Assembly (NCBI GenBank): GCA_010909165.1
Contig: MU008178.1
Coordinates: forward strand, 1,101,066-1,165,065
Length of the DNA: 64,000 nt
Direction: 5' to 3'
Origin: Anthoceros angustus
Taxonomy: Eukaryota; Plantae; Anthocerotophyta
The first letter of the stretch is position 1. Every line of letters starts with the position of its first letter. Position numbers and translations under genes: made by a program. Below, piece by piece: positions 25,068 through 36,688 of this stretch. The notes under the pieces are model-generated. The model did no database searches, was not told the DNA's origin, and saw only the letters and a list, made by a program, of their open reading frames with translations.

Positions 25068-27630
25068 AGTGGAGCTGCAATAATCTCCTCTCTCGGGACT
25101 CCATCCCACAACAAATTAACACCACCATTTAATTCCAATGCAAAGAATGGAAAACGCCAGCACTTCGTGACCGGCTACAAACACATGACTAGGCAACTCA
25201 TGAGTGATTTTAAACCGATGTTGGAAACTGATTATAGAGTAAATGTTGCAGACGGACCCCTGTGCCACAAATATTGCTTAAAGTTGGGCACCTCTTTCAT
25301 AAGATAGATCTTTGGTGTCGGAGTATAAGCCCTCTCAAGGCAACCGATTAGCTCCGCAAGGTGTAGGCCTCCTTGGACGAAAACAATGTAAAAACGGGAA
25401 AACATTTGATCAATCTGATCATGGGTATGGCCAACAATTAGAAATCCTAGTTTCACCTTCTTGAAAATACCTCGGTCCACTAACATGGCGCAATACGCCA
25501 ACACTTCTTGGTTCTTATTCTGAGCAGCTGTATTGTCCATCTGCAGGTAAAGAGTTTGAGGCAACTGGCCCTCCCATCCGTTAATAACATGCTGGACTAC
25601 GAATTGTCCCGTTAGGGTCATTTCGCAGATTTGGATAGCTGTAAACATAAGTTCTCATGTATTTGTTAAACACCAAAACTCCAACCACATGGACAGAGAC
25701 GAGCAAGACTATCCACATCTTTGGGCACTCATGGAAATGAGGCAACTCGCTTTCTTTTTTGGTCCATACCATCTATCGCAATCCCTGTACTTGGTCGGTT
25801 GAGCCATACACTTGCTGCTGCTTTGCCATTTTCGCCCGCTCCGTTGTTGATCCCGGTGGTAATTGAGGAGTTCCCTAAGTCTATCCGCACATACCGCAAG
25901 TGCCATCAATAGCAGCCCCTGCAACTCCAGTCGCTACGCCTACATCAACCTTGTAGAACCCTAAAGAATGGGTCTAGGGTTTTCCACGACAACTACTAGA
26001 AAAAGGACACCTAGCAATCACCGGACATCCCGTGCTTAAAAAGGAGAGCGGTTCATACTGACCTTGCTCCCTGCTCGCGCTTTTAATTTTCGCTTTAAGC
26101 TTCTCACAACAAGATGCATCGAGAATCGGTTGCATCTTGGAATCTTGACGGACAAATGGTATCCATGACTTGCAAAAATAGCTATAACAAACATGAGTGG
26201 TAATTGCTCTAGCCTCAGCATACTCAATGTAAATCTCCTTTTGTGAATGTATCCTAGAGGTTGAACACTTCCTGGGTAGTCTTTCCACATTTCTTTTGAA
26301 AACATATCCATCCACATGACACCGCAACTGTATGAAGTTGAATTTTACCAGCTCGCGGCAAACCTAGTCCCCTTCGCACTGGCCCGCATTCCGATATCGT
26401 AGTGCACCAATACGTAAAACTGCACGCCCTTACACAAATTGAAACCTTCCCATGTGGCCTTGTTCACCCATCCGGTCACCATACTGCTCGCCTTCGACAA
26501 CATCAATAAGGTCTTGCAAATGCCTGCTCCCTTTGTCATGGAAAAAAAGAACAACGGTGACTTCCGCCTTGCTAAACACTTTTTTGCACAACATTGTCTC
26601 TTCATGTTTGCTGAAAGCTTCGCCCAATTACAGTGCTTCGCCAATACATGATCCAGCTTAACCCTTACAGCACGGTTCTTTGTTGAGCAAACAACCCTAT
26701 CGCGAGATTGCAACTCCAACCCCCTGGACTTAGGATTAGCAGGGGGCAGCATTTTGGGCAAATTTGCATTGTGATCTAGTGCCAGCACATCTCCAAACAA
26801 GGCAATTGGATCACGTTTGGTCGCCTGCTGCTCCCCCTCGGCAGTCCTCCATGACCCAATGCCAAAATCGAAACCAAGTCTACGATCACATGCATCTTCT
26901 CACCGCAGAGACTCACCAACACTCTCTCGCTGTAATCCGTGTCATTCGTGCCGTGGTGTGACACAAGGTTGATGGTACTCTTACAAGCACACCATGGACT
27001 TGTTGTAGGTGCCACCTTGTCACCTTCCGCCGCAGGGAGCCACCCGCTGGCGTGGATTTGGATCGAGCAAAACATCCTTGCCAATTTCTTGGCACCGCGA
27101 TTTGAATGCACTGGTATATAGTGCCCAGCCGCCGAGGTGGGCCGAGGTTGCGCTGTCGGGTGGTGGATATCGGGGCCAGCGCTGATGTCGAGCTCGGACA
27201 TGCCGGTCCACATGTCTGCAATTTGTTCCTCGGTCTCCGCGCCTGCTCCGAGTCCATCCGGATCAAACAAGTAAAGGTCTCCATCACTTGCATCCCAACG
27301 ATCACCCGGCAAGTCGGTTTGATCCAAATCCGATGCGTGTCCGGGTCTTGTAACAAGCGCCTTTCACCGGACCCGGGTTTACTGCCGAGAACGCCTTGAA
27401 TGTCACCACGGGAATTTGACACATTGCCTAGTGGACCCCATGCCGCATCCGCCGCGCCTCGCCGCCAAGTCCACGATATCCGACTGCATGGGTCCTGCAC
27501 TAGTCCGTCTCACCAAATCAAAAACTCCTCCTCTGCATTGAGATCGCTTGCCATTGCTCGTGACTAGTGAAAACGCAATTGTTGAGAACGCCTGCTCGAG
27601 AGGAGGAGACCGCAAGAGTTCAACATCATG
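25068..27630 (-). pseudogene. DUF7869-like DDD transposase, N-terminal and catalytic segment
   Basis: CCAKKCL, YFCKSW..VKIPRCNRFS.C..C, IDGMDQK..LPHF (~25775), LYLQMDNTAAQNKN and LIVGHTHDQIDQMFS show three candidate catalytic Asp residues. The start is approximate. Confidence 0.8.
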
Positions 27631-28359
27631 TATAGATGCCTGCGGACCGCATTGATTATTGACAATTAGGACGGATATCTACTGCTACAAATCATGGCTT
27701 GAGGATCCTTAAATGCATTCAGATTGCGAGAATCGAGGAGATTTTGCAGAGGAAATTGAGTTTTGCGCGGCAAAACTAGGCATATTCCATAAAATATGCT
27801 TTATTCTTTGTTTAGCGGTTGTCTGCTAAACATGGCGAACGGGCGGCTACGGTGCATCAACCCAAATTTGCGATTCCATTTGGCCGGTCGCAGTGGAGAT
27901 CGTCACCGGTCCATCACACTGTGCCATCCACCCGTCAGAGATCGGAAAGGTGTTTTGAAAAATATTGCGAGGAGATGCATATAGCGGGCACCAAAGGTTC
28001 ACTCAAGTATTTTGGTAACTGGTGGTATTCGACCACTTCCATATCGGGAGGTTCATGCCGAGAGTCGGTGGATCTCGAGGATCATCGGCGCTTCATCCTC
28101 ACCGGTTGTCCGGTGATTCAAGAGGAGGGTATCAAGGTCGATGGAAGCGTGCTACTTGATCCATAATCCATAGTGCGTGATGCCTCATTGCTACTTGGTT
28201 TGTGTTTTGATGGCACCTCACCAAGAAGCGGAGTAAAGGTGTCGAGCAGACGCCACCGGCCGAGAAGAAACGGCCCCGGAAGGCCGATTCGCAGATGCCC
28301 TAACATTGTCACGAGTCCGACCAAGACCTCCAAGACCCATAGCGCGACAACTTTGACCC

Positions 28360-28920
28360 CGTGACACACTACCTCGTCACCGACCAGAACATCATTCCAA
28401 AGTCCATACAAGCAGGCGGAAATCGACATGATCAGAAAGATGTTCTGGAACACTCTCCCTTTGATATGTCGGACAGGAATTGGTCTGTACAGCAACGTCC
28501 TGTTGGACATTGTGTATCTGTACATCTTGGATGCAGCGCAGTCAAGTATAAAGTCTTCCTGTCTTGGTGCTGTTTTGTTCACGCAGTTTGTGGAGAAGGA
28601 TGACCAAGGGTACGTAATTTTCCTCTGCACTCTGAAGACCAGACAGCTTCTCAAGCCTGACCCCACGGCCGTCCGAGTATACTCAGCTGCGATCCGGACT
28701 TTTGACCCCGTGGCTTGCCAGAAAGTGTGAGAGAGGATCACAGGTGGTTGTAATGATGGACACAAAGTGTTCCACAAAGTGTTGCACCAAATTTGCTTAG
28801 AAGGAATCAAACATTGGTTCGAGCATAGTCCGTGATTGAACCCAAGAGTCGCGAGAGTAGGAGGTGGGGGCACACAGGCGAATGCATCTCGAAGCCAAGC
28901 ATTGCATTTCTGGAACCCAA
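28360..28920 (+). other. Possible GNAT (GCN5-like) acetyltransferase domain
   Basis: IRKMFWNTLPL..CLGAVLFTQF..GYVIFLCT..DGHKVFHKVLHQICLEGIKHWF..QALHFW follows GNAT secondary-structure spacing. Similarity is weak and by eye. Confidence 0.4.
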
Positions 28921-29599
28921 CCAAGGAAGATCAACAGCAAGCAATGCAACAAAGCAACCCGTGCTGTTGGAAGCAACTGACATCGCTGCGGGCGAAGAGG
29001 CATCCCAACAATGCTTCTTCAATACCACATCGATGGGGATCCAGCGCCGCTTTACCGCGCCTGCCGGTGGTGTCCATGATACTACCGCCGGGCACCGACG
29101 TCCTGCTGTTTCACTGTGGCTGCAGACTTGGTGAGCCACTTCCATTTTACTCGGTAGTGGACGTGAGGAGGACGGAAATGAGGACACCGAGGGCTTTATG
29201 GATGGCATTCTACCTTGTGGAGGACGAAGATGCGCAGTTGGAGGAAGTCAAGGTGGGTCGGAAGAGGAGGAGGAGAATCAAGAAGAGGCCGATGAGCGAT
29301 GACCTCGGATATTATCCTGCACGTGATGGTTCACGGCCTCGGGGCCGCTCGGATCGCAGGAGGGTGCAGAGGCCTTCCAAAGGGGAAATTTGAAGAAAGG
29401 GGAAAGAGGAGAGGCCTGATGGCAAACATAAAAGGGAAAAGGCGGTAGAAAGCCAAGAAACCTGTGGCAAGACGGAGAAGCCTGGAATTGTGGAGGAGGA
29501 GGAGGAAGAGGTTCCCGCCAAGGTTTGTGGAGAGAGCTGGGCGACAACAAGGCTCGCCATCGACGATGATAGGCTCGGGCAGCTATCAAGAGAGCAGAC

Positions 29600-29985
29600 T
29601 TGAAGTGTGTGAGGCGGCAAATTAAGGTGAGGAAGCTGGATCTCGCGTGGGTAGAGGCTTTGATGCAAGATGAAACACGCCCATGGGTAGTGGTGTGCCG
29701 CCAATGGTTGTGGTTGTCGACCCTTGTCCTCACAAAGAGAACTTTGACGCGTTGAGAAGGTGGATGAGGGCTTTACAATTTTTCGTTTTGGGAGGGAACC
29801 ATTCCTTCCGTGCAAGGTCCCGCTCGATCCCCAAATGAAGGAAGAGTTCAAGTGGATGGATGCATATGTGCTAGCTGGACTCACTGAGGACGAGATGAGG
29901 ATCGTAGCCACATACCACAACACCATCGCAGATGCCAGGAAGACATTCACCTTCATGGACAGGGTACGTTACATCAGAAGTGAGT
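29600..29985 (+). other. ParB/sulfiredoxin-like domain
   Basis: QIKVRKLDLAWVEAL, then FVLGGNHS (29782-29805, a different frame from the listed ORF), then AYVLAGLTEDEMRIVATYHN. Confidence 0.7.
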
Positions 29986-30934
29986 TGATGTGTAGGAGAG
30001 CGAAGGGCTTGAAGTGCGATGTAGACTGGAAGCTGGATGTATATGCCCGCCTAGGCAGGATCCCCAAGTGGGATGCAGCAAAGCATGGCCCCAAGGTTCA
30101 GTATCACCGACTGGTGGACAACAGGACACTTGATTACTGCGTGGCGAAGGTTGATGAAGAAGTGTGGAGGTATGTGGACGAGATATTTGAGAAGTGGGAA
30201 TGTAAGCTTCGAATAGATGCGCCCGAGCCCTAGCCGCCAAACAAACAAAGGCGAGGAAGACAAGGCCAATCTACTGCAAGCGAGACCTTGTAGTCATAGA
30301 GGTTAAAGATGCGGATGTGCGGAGAGTGTGGAAGTGCTTTCAAGGGATTGAACATTCGGCACGCAACAACAATTTGAAGACAAGATGCATGAAGGTCTTG
30401 TCTGGGAAATGAGTTTACGGCAAATGCGTGGATTGGGTGGAGAAAGCCAAAAATCGAACCTCATTCACGCTACACTTGCGAAGAACCCGAATTGCGAGAC
30501 GCTTGAGGTTAGGAGCGGTATCCTCAATACACGTGGACGATCAAGAACTTCCAACCGCTTTCAAAAATATGGTAAGTGTGAACCCGAGCAAGTATGGAAT
30601 GTCCACACGGACCCGGTGCTTGTCATATGTTTGATTGGTGGTGCATGTTTGTTTTCGACGCAATGGCCCATGTACACTCCATATGCCCATGAACACTCAT
30701 GGTTGATGCTGGTTTTTGCCTTGGTGCGCCGAGCCAATGCTTGCCTAACGTGGAGTGCACCCCGAGAGTTTCAAGGAACATGTGTTGAAGGCCAAAGCAT
30801 GGAAGATTATGGCGATGAGCTGGCGCTTCGGAGACCTCCATCCCGATAAGTTGAAGACGATCGAGATGCTTCCGGAGATCATGCAGATAGGAATAATATG
30901 TGGTAACATCGTGAGAATGGCTCTTGTGGAACCG

Positions 30935-31500
30935 TCCGCTTGCTGCTATTGGACTTGCCACGAGGGTTGCATCTGGATGCCAACCCAAGGAGTATGACAC
31001 GCGATTCCCGCGATGAGTTTGAAAATATCATATTGCAATTCCAGGCATCACGACATCGAGGTATTTCGGCCGTGGTATTTCATTCCCGATGACATGTCCA
31101 TGGTACGGGAGGTTTTGCTTGCTTGTAAAGGAGTGTCACTTGCTTCCGCACAAAACTAATGTGAAAGCATGTATGATGCAGGGGGTTATATCACCACGAG
31201 GGCTGGATCTTTGAAGCGATTGTGTGCCACAACATTTCTCACCTTCAACTGTTATGAATGATGGCACAGGGTTGACAACTTGCTTTGAGGAGAAGGTCAG
31301 GAACATAAGTCGTGTTATAACACGCCAGATGATAGGGTAGTTTCCATACCAAGCCTATCAGTTGTTGAGGAAGTTGATGGAGCATACATGGAAGGCGAGT
31401 GGGTCTGGATGGGTGTGCGTGCTCGGATCGTATGGTAGCCGCCTCGCGCGACGCAACGTGATATCAGACGAGATCCCAGCAGCTCAATTCATGGACCTCC
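30935..31500 (+). other. Beta-class amino (N4C/N6A) DNA methyltransferase domain (N6_N4_Mtase-like)
   Basis: Motif IV-like LLLLDLPRG (30940-30966) is followed ~130 codons later by FPYQ[K]P.QLLRKLME..EGEWV[L]DGCAC[S]GS..VAA...RRNVIS.E...QF (31341-31490). Bracketed residues need 1-2 nt repairs. Confidence 0.7.
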
Positions 31501-32951
31501 GTCTCAATACTTTAGAGAACTGCCAAGCGAGGAGGAAGAGTTGAGAGGCTTGAAGGCGGGCCTAAGACGCTCACCAAAGAACCGATGATGAACAATGTGG
31601 CAAGGAGCCGGGCGCGTTTTGTGGATCTCAAGCGCCGCAATCGGAAAGCATTCTACACCCGAGGTGTGATGATCCTTCCATGTCTTGTGGGCGGTGTGGC
31701 GCTTGACAAAGGTAATAGGGAGCAGGGCTACATGGCGAGTTTTGGGCACGTGAACATAGTGCACAACTCTGGGGGCGATGGACAAGGTCACCTTCCCGAC
31801 ACGACCACTACTATGATCCATTGGTTCACCCCTACCATGGATAGGTGCCGGAAAGACCCGGGGCATATATGAACCTAATGGTTGTGAATCTCGATCACGG
31901 CGATTGGTAATGCCCGCAACTGCTGTGTTCGACTCCAAAGATCATAGGTGAGACGACGCATGGAGAGGTGTCCGCCATTGTGAGTACAAACACCGGACAA
32001 CCGGTGTTGAGGCCGGATCGAGTGTCTGTCCGGCTGTGTGTGATGACCTCAACCCGAGTGCATGTTCTCGTGTGCTTGTTTTCACCGGATTGCAAGCATA
32101 CGATTTTGCGCTTTGTTCTTTGTCGCCATTGAATGTTGAGGCGTGATGCTACCATAGCGGCCCATGATCACCCTTGCAATAAGAACCCCGCCCCGCCATA
32201 AGTAAAATAGCGAAAGCCGTCAAACTCCTCCACATTCCGTATTGTCATCATGGCGTTATAAACTACCAAGAAGACCGTCACACTGATGGCTATACGCATC
32301 AAGCATTGAGCATGTCCGATGACATAACCATCAGATTCATGGATATGTCATACCGGCACTCGCCACATATAACATTGTAGCCGATTAGGTTAGGCCAATG
32401 GGCATGGATTATGCTAAGTGTGAGGTTCAAATGACGCTCAACACATCCAAACGTTGGTGCCTCGAGGGGACTTTCGAGCACCTGGAGAATGCAAGCCGTG
32501 ACGGCCGCTTTCATGTCATGTTTCGCAACATAGAAATGATCGCCACTATCCGTGGAACCCAACACTTGACTTGTTGAGTCGAAGTTCACCGATGAAGCTC
32601 ACCGGATATCCACGGTCATAGAATTGTGATGCGGCATCCACCTTTTGTTTACCGCTCATGCATGCAACCCTTCAAACCCGTTATGTCGACATTTTGAAAT
32701 TCATGATGTCCATATGACTACATGGCATATTACATATGGTTTCCATCTTCGACTGTAACCATTTTGTGGTGGATAATTAGAGGATTGTGTTACCCAAAAA
32801 AAAAACCATACTAGAGAAAACCCTAAAAATACATGGTTTCATTCTTCACTCGACTTTCACACTTAAGATTTTGGCCAAAGCTTTGAAACGTGATAAAGCA
32901 CGGTGTTTTCCATCACAACCCCAAATTTCACACCCTCAAAATTAGAGACGA

Positions 32952-32992
32952 GGAGTTGTCTCTAACTTCTTAGGAGACCTTGTTCGACAGTG
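32952..32992 (-). repeat. Right terminal inverted repeat of the 3235-32992 element (ends CAGTG)
   Basis: Inverted match to 3235-3274. Confidence 0.8.
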
Positions 32993-32994
32993 AT

Positions 32995-33525
32995 CGGCAG
33001 CAATGGCCCTGTCATGGGTCTTAAATGCACCCAAAATAAGGTAAACTCTTAAACCATAACTCTTCGCTGGCATGAAATGGACCTTTTATCATTGGTTCAC
33101 ACGAAGTGTCACCTTCTTTTCTGCCTTGGTTTCACCCATATCCCAAAAACCACGAGTTCAAAACCCATATGAAACCTCCTTCGGGAGATAAAAGTCACAA
33201 AACGCCCTTCCTCCATATTCACCCCCTTCGAAAAATACCGTGTTAGTCTCCCTTATGACAACGGGTAAAGGCCTCTTTACTTCATATCTTAGATACACAA
33301 TATTAAAAGGGTGCCAAGAGTTATCCAACTCTCCCTTGTTAACAATCCCTTCATCTCCCATAGGTGCACTAAATAAGTGCTAAGGTAACAATGGCGAGCA
33401 CTCCCTTCATCTGCAGCATTAGGCAAAGACATATTTATCCTTGAAGTAATCTCCGTAGATTTTCTGAGGGACCGACCTAGAGCTTTCTGGCACATGCTCC
33501 TACCCTTTGTTAGTAAGAAATGCAA
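32995..33525 (-). pseudogene. Interrupted ORF of an older host element, possibly GNAT-like
   Basis: EGGEYGGRAFCDFYLP../GGFIWVLNSWFLGYG. The frame reads open across the empty site into 3232 and below (RAIAAD/SHVATLK). Confidence 0.3.
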
Positions 33526-33801
33526 AGTGAGGGTAATTCTCTGATAGTTTAATCAATAAGTAAATTCCTATGAGACGAGTGTGACTACCGCAGATCCGTA
33601 ATCGCCTAAGGCACAACTAGACGATTAGCAAACTATAAGGAGGCATTGCAACTTCATATGGCCCACAAAAGGCGGAACCACCACCTCCCCATCAAAATGT
33701 AAACCCCCAATCTATTCACTAATATACGCTGATTCAAATACCCAAGACGCCCGAACATATGGGAACTCGAATATGTACGATGAGGCAGGACTCGAACTAT
33801 G

Positions 33802-33967
33802 TGTTAGGGTTAAATAGGTAACCACAATTAGTTAACCTCACATGGGTTTATTAACCATGCCTTTTAGCGTCACTTTACAAGACTGTATACAAGACACACA
33901 ATTTTGTTAATTACATTTATTATTGATTGCTATTGCATATGTTCTCTATGACTAGCACTTTGTGTCA
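33802..33967 (+). repeat. 5' LTR of outer copia (166 bp)
   Basis: Matches 61212-61378 with roughly 8 substitutions and 1 indel by eye. Confidence 0.95.
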
Positions 33968-33980
33968 TGGTATCAGAGCC
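33968..33980 (+). other. Primer binding site, tRNA-iMet
   Basis: TGGTATCAGAGCC immediately after the LTR. Confidence 0.95.
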
Positions 33981-34556
33981 ATGCTCTGAGCCTTCCACTC
34001 CACTAGTTTACATAGTAACTATGGCACGTAGCTAAGACCATTTTGTGCATGACAAGTGGAACAGAGATATCAGCAAATCAAAACATTCATCTTCGATAGA
34101 TGTCAAGTTCTGCTGACACCTCTGAATTGCCCCAGATTCTGCACCTCTCCAAGTCTTGCATATCTGCACATTAGGTCAAAGACACCTGTTAGTTAGACTT
34201 CAATGAGATCAAGAGTGAAGATCTGAAGTGACACAGTTCCATAGCCACAAAGCGTGTAAGCTTGGATTCTAGCTCTCAATCGGCGCCCCTCATCAAGGTG
34301 CTTGTTGGGGAGGGTGTCCAGCTATACGTGCCTGGCCTTTTTCTTCATGTGACTTTTCAGGTTTTTAGGGTTTTTAAGTACCTGTTCAGAACAGGCTTAC
34401 CTATTTGCTTAAGTTGCTAGTGTCCTTTCATATAGGACGTTGCACTTTTCATGTTGAACTCGTGCAGGCTATGCTGGAGGTATGAACTTATACCTCTTCC
34501 CTATCTGGTCAGTTTGAGTCAATATACTCATGAATACATACAACTTACCATAGGTT

Positions 34557-35582
34557 ATGTCTTTGTTTGACTTCGATAGCGACCTAGATTCTGAGCCTCT
34601 CGCGTGGCTTCATTCCAATCCACCACTACCAGTCATCCCTGTAGTCACACACATTCCAGTAGTTACTTCCACCAACATATCAACCAATCCAACTTCTACC
34701 ACTACCTCTGTAGGTCATCCTACTCTAGTGAGTTCAAAGAAAAGGATAGGTTTGACGGGAGAGCTACCAGGTTTGAAAGTTGGAGGGCACGCATGAAGGC
34801 AAATCTCAATGCTCGCGATGTATGGGAATATGTTGATGGCTCCCTCCCAGATCCTTCTAAAGTACATGTCATACCTGGTGGGAAACAATCCACGCAAGAC
34901 GAAATTGATTAAGTGGAAGAAGGGCAACAAGATAGCATTTGCAATATTGTCAAGCCAGATTTGATGAAACCACCGCCGTAGGTGGAGTTTCATGACATGC
35001 CAGCAAAGTAGCCCCGAAACAACTCCACAAATACGTAGTGTCTCAAAATATCCCACCCTTTGGTGGATGTTCTAATGAGTTCTAAGGTCTCAGCTTGAAT
35101 GATGGAGACCCGCTAGCACATAACAAAGCCACGCCCAACCACGAGCACCATTTTGCATCCCTCAATAGTACTATCTCGGAGGTAGACATGATTGCTCAGC
35201 TCATTGCCAGCCTCCCTCCCTCCTATCAAACTTTGTGTCCAATGTAATGCTTCCTCAAGGACTCATATCAAGCAGCTGCCGGGTAAACCCACAAGATCAA
35301 CTTCAACGAGGTTGTTGGTGCTTCCCTACAAAGAAATGTAGTCGCCCCAAGATCGGTTCTCGTCAAGTCGCCTTTGGGTAACAAGGTCCTTTATTACCGT
35401 AAGAGGTAAAGGCCCTTGGAAGGGGAAAGATAAAAATAAGAAAGATAAACCAAAGCAAGAGGGCTGTAATAAAGGTAACTCGATCCGGATCCACTAAACG
35501 CCAGAAATTATAATCGTGTTCTATTCGGTCACCGAAAGGGATTGCTGAAAAGAAGCTGTGGGGAGCTCAAACAATGTCATCT
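34557..35582 (+). pseudogene. gag: Outer copia gag (frameshifted)
   Basis: FDGRATRFESWRARMKANLNARDVWEYVDG, LIASLPPSY, a basic stretch and a degenerate zinc knuckle. Confidence 0.85.
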
Positions 35583-36298
35583 CAAAGATAGGGTTATTCT
35601 CCATTAAAGGGGTTTGGGTCCCTAAAGACCAAAATGACCTCAAAACGGGCCAAAATGCATCATCTTTAGCAAAACCACTTTAGACATGTAATCGAAAGAC
35701 ATTGACCATGTTATTTTCTCGAATACTTACGCTAATGGTTTGAAGTCAAGAAGGTTCATGGATTTCACCTTCACAAGGAAGGGATTTCAAGGATTTTAAT
35801 AGGTTAGGAATCCTAAACACCTCGCAGCGTATAGTACTTCCTAGCAGGGTGAAAAGAGGGCAAACCAAACAAAATTAGTCCAAGAAGTTAAACTACGGAC
35901 GTCCGCAACCAACACGCAAAAGTAGCAATTGCAGTTTAAAAGAGTAAATCAACCGCACGGACGTCCCGAATTGTGAGAGAATCATTAACCGATAGCTTGA
36001 TCATGGCCATCTCGAGAGGACCAAACTACGACTCTAAAAGTAGCTACCGGACGCCCCGCACTTTGAGAACACAACCCCGGATCTCCATTGTTAGAGTGAA
36101 AACATAGAAGGAATTGGAACAATGCGCCGGACGCTCGCACATTGGCGCGAGTCTCATAGCCTCGCGCCGACGTCCGCGATTGGAGACCCCAATCTTGTGG
36201 GCGTCCACGAGATGGAAATGGTGGTGGAGCCTTTGACGTCTGCACATCTATATTTATTGTTTGTCTTCCTAATGAAAGCATCGGCTTGGGATAGGTGC

Positions 36299-36688
36299 AG
36301 ATAGACTCCATGGAGTAAGAACTCCAAGATTAAGGAGATAGACTCCATGGAGTAAGAACTCCAAGATTAAGCACCCCTGGGTCGGATCAGTACCAGGATG
36401 GGGTGCTTGACTTTAGTGATTTAAGAATTTCCCTGTCAAGCACTCTTGGGTCAGATTAGTACTAGGATGCCTTGCTTGTTTTTGGCGCTTTGAAAACTTT
36501 ACTAGGATGCCTTGCTTGTTTTTGGCGCTTTGAAAACTTTGTAACATTAAGCACCCCTCGGCCTGGATCAAGATTTGGATGGGGTGCTCGAATTTTAGTG
36601 ATTTGAGACCCCACAAGCACCTTGGCCGATTAGTACTAGGATGCCTTGCTTGTTTTTGGCGCTTTGAAAACTTTACTAGGATGCCTTG
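36299..36688. repeat. Tandem repeats inside the hAT-like element: 37-bp duplication and 40-bp unit ACTAGGATGCCTTGCTTGTTTTTGGCGCTTTGAAAACTTT
   Basis: The 40-bp unit occurs at 36461, 36501 and 36635; a fourth copy is split by the gypsy insertion and resumes at 50634. Confidence 0.9.

Larger units (their letters stand above)
27832..31545 (+). pseudogene. Transposon cargo gene(s): GNAT-like, acidic/basic linker, ParB/Srx-like, beta-class N4C/N6A DNA methyltransferase
   Basis: Co-oriented frameshifted ORF pieces divergent from the transposase; the domains are listed separately. One gene versus several is unresolved. Confidence 0.6.
3235..32992 (-). mobile_element. TIR DNA transposon with CACTG-like ends, DUF7869-like transposase and ParB-like/DNA methyltransferase cargo (about 11.2 kb after removing nested inserts)
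   Basis: Left end 3235-3274 is GACTGACAACAAGGTCTCCTAAGAAGTAGAAACACACTCC; the reverse complement of 32952-32992 is CACTGTCGAACAAGGTCTCCTAAGAAGTTAGAGACAACTCC. AT flanks both sides (3233-3234, 32993-32994). A transposase lies inside. Confidence 0.8.

Noticed and set aside
31585-32200. 2OG-Fe(II) dioxygenase (TET/AlkB-like) partner next to the MTase
   Set aside because: I looked for an HxD...H...R arrangement and could not identify one convincingly.
36461-36688. CRISPR-like 40-bp repeats
   Set aside because: Adjacent tandem copies within a higher-order duplication; no unique regular spacers.
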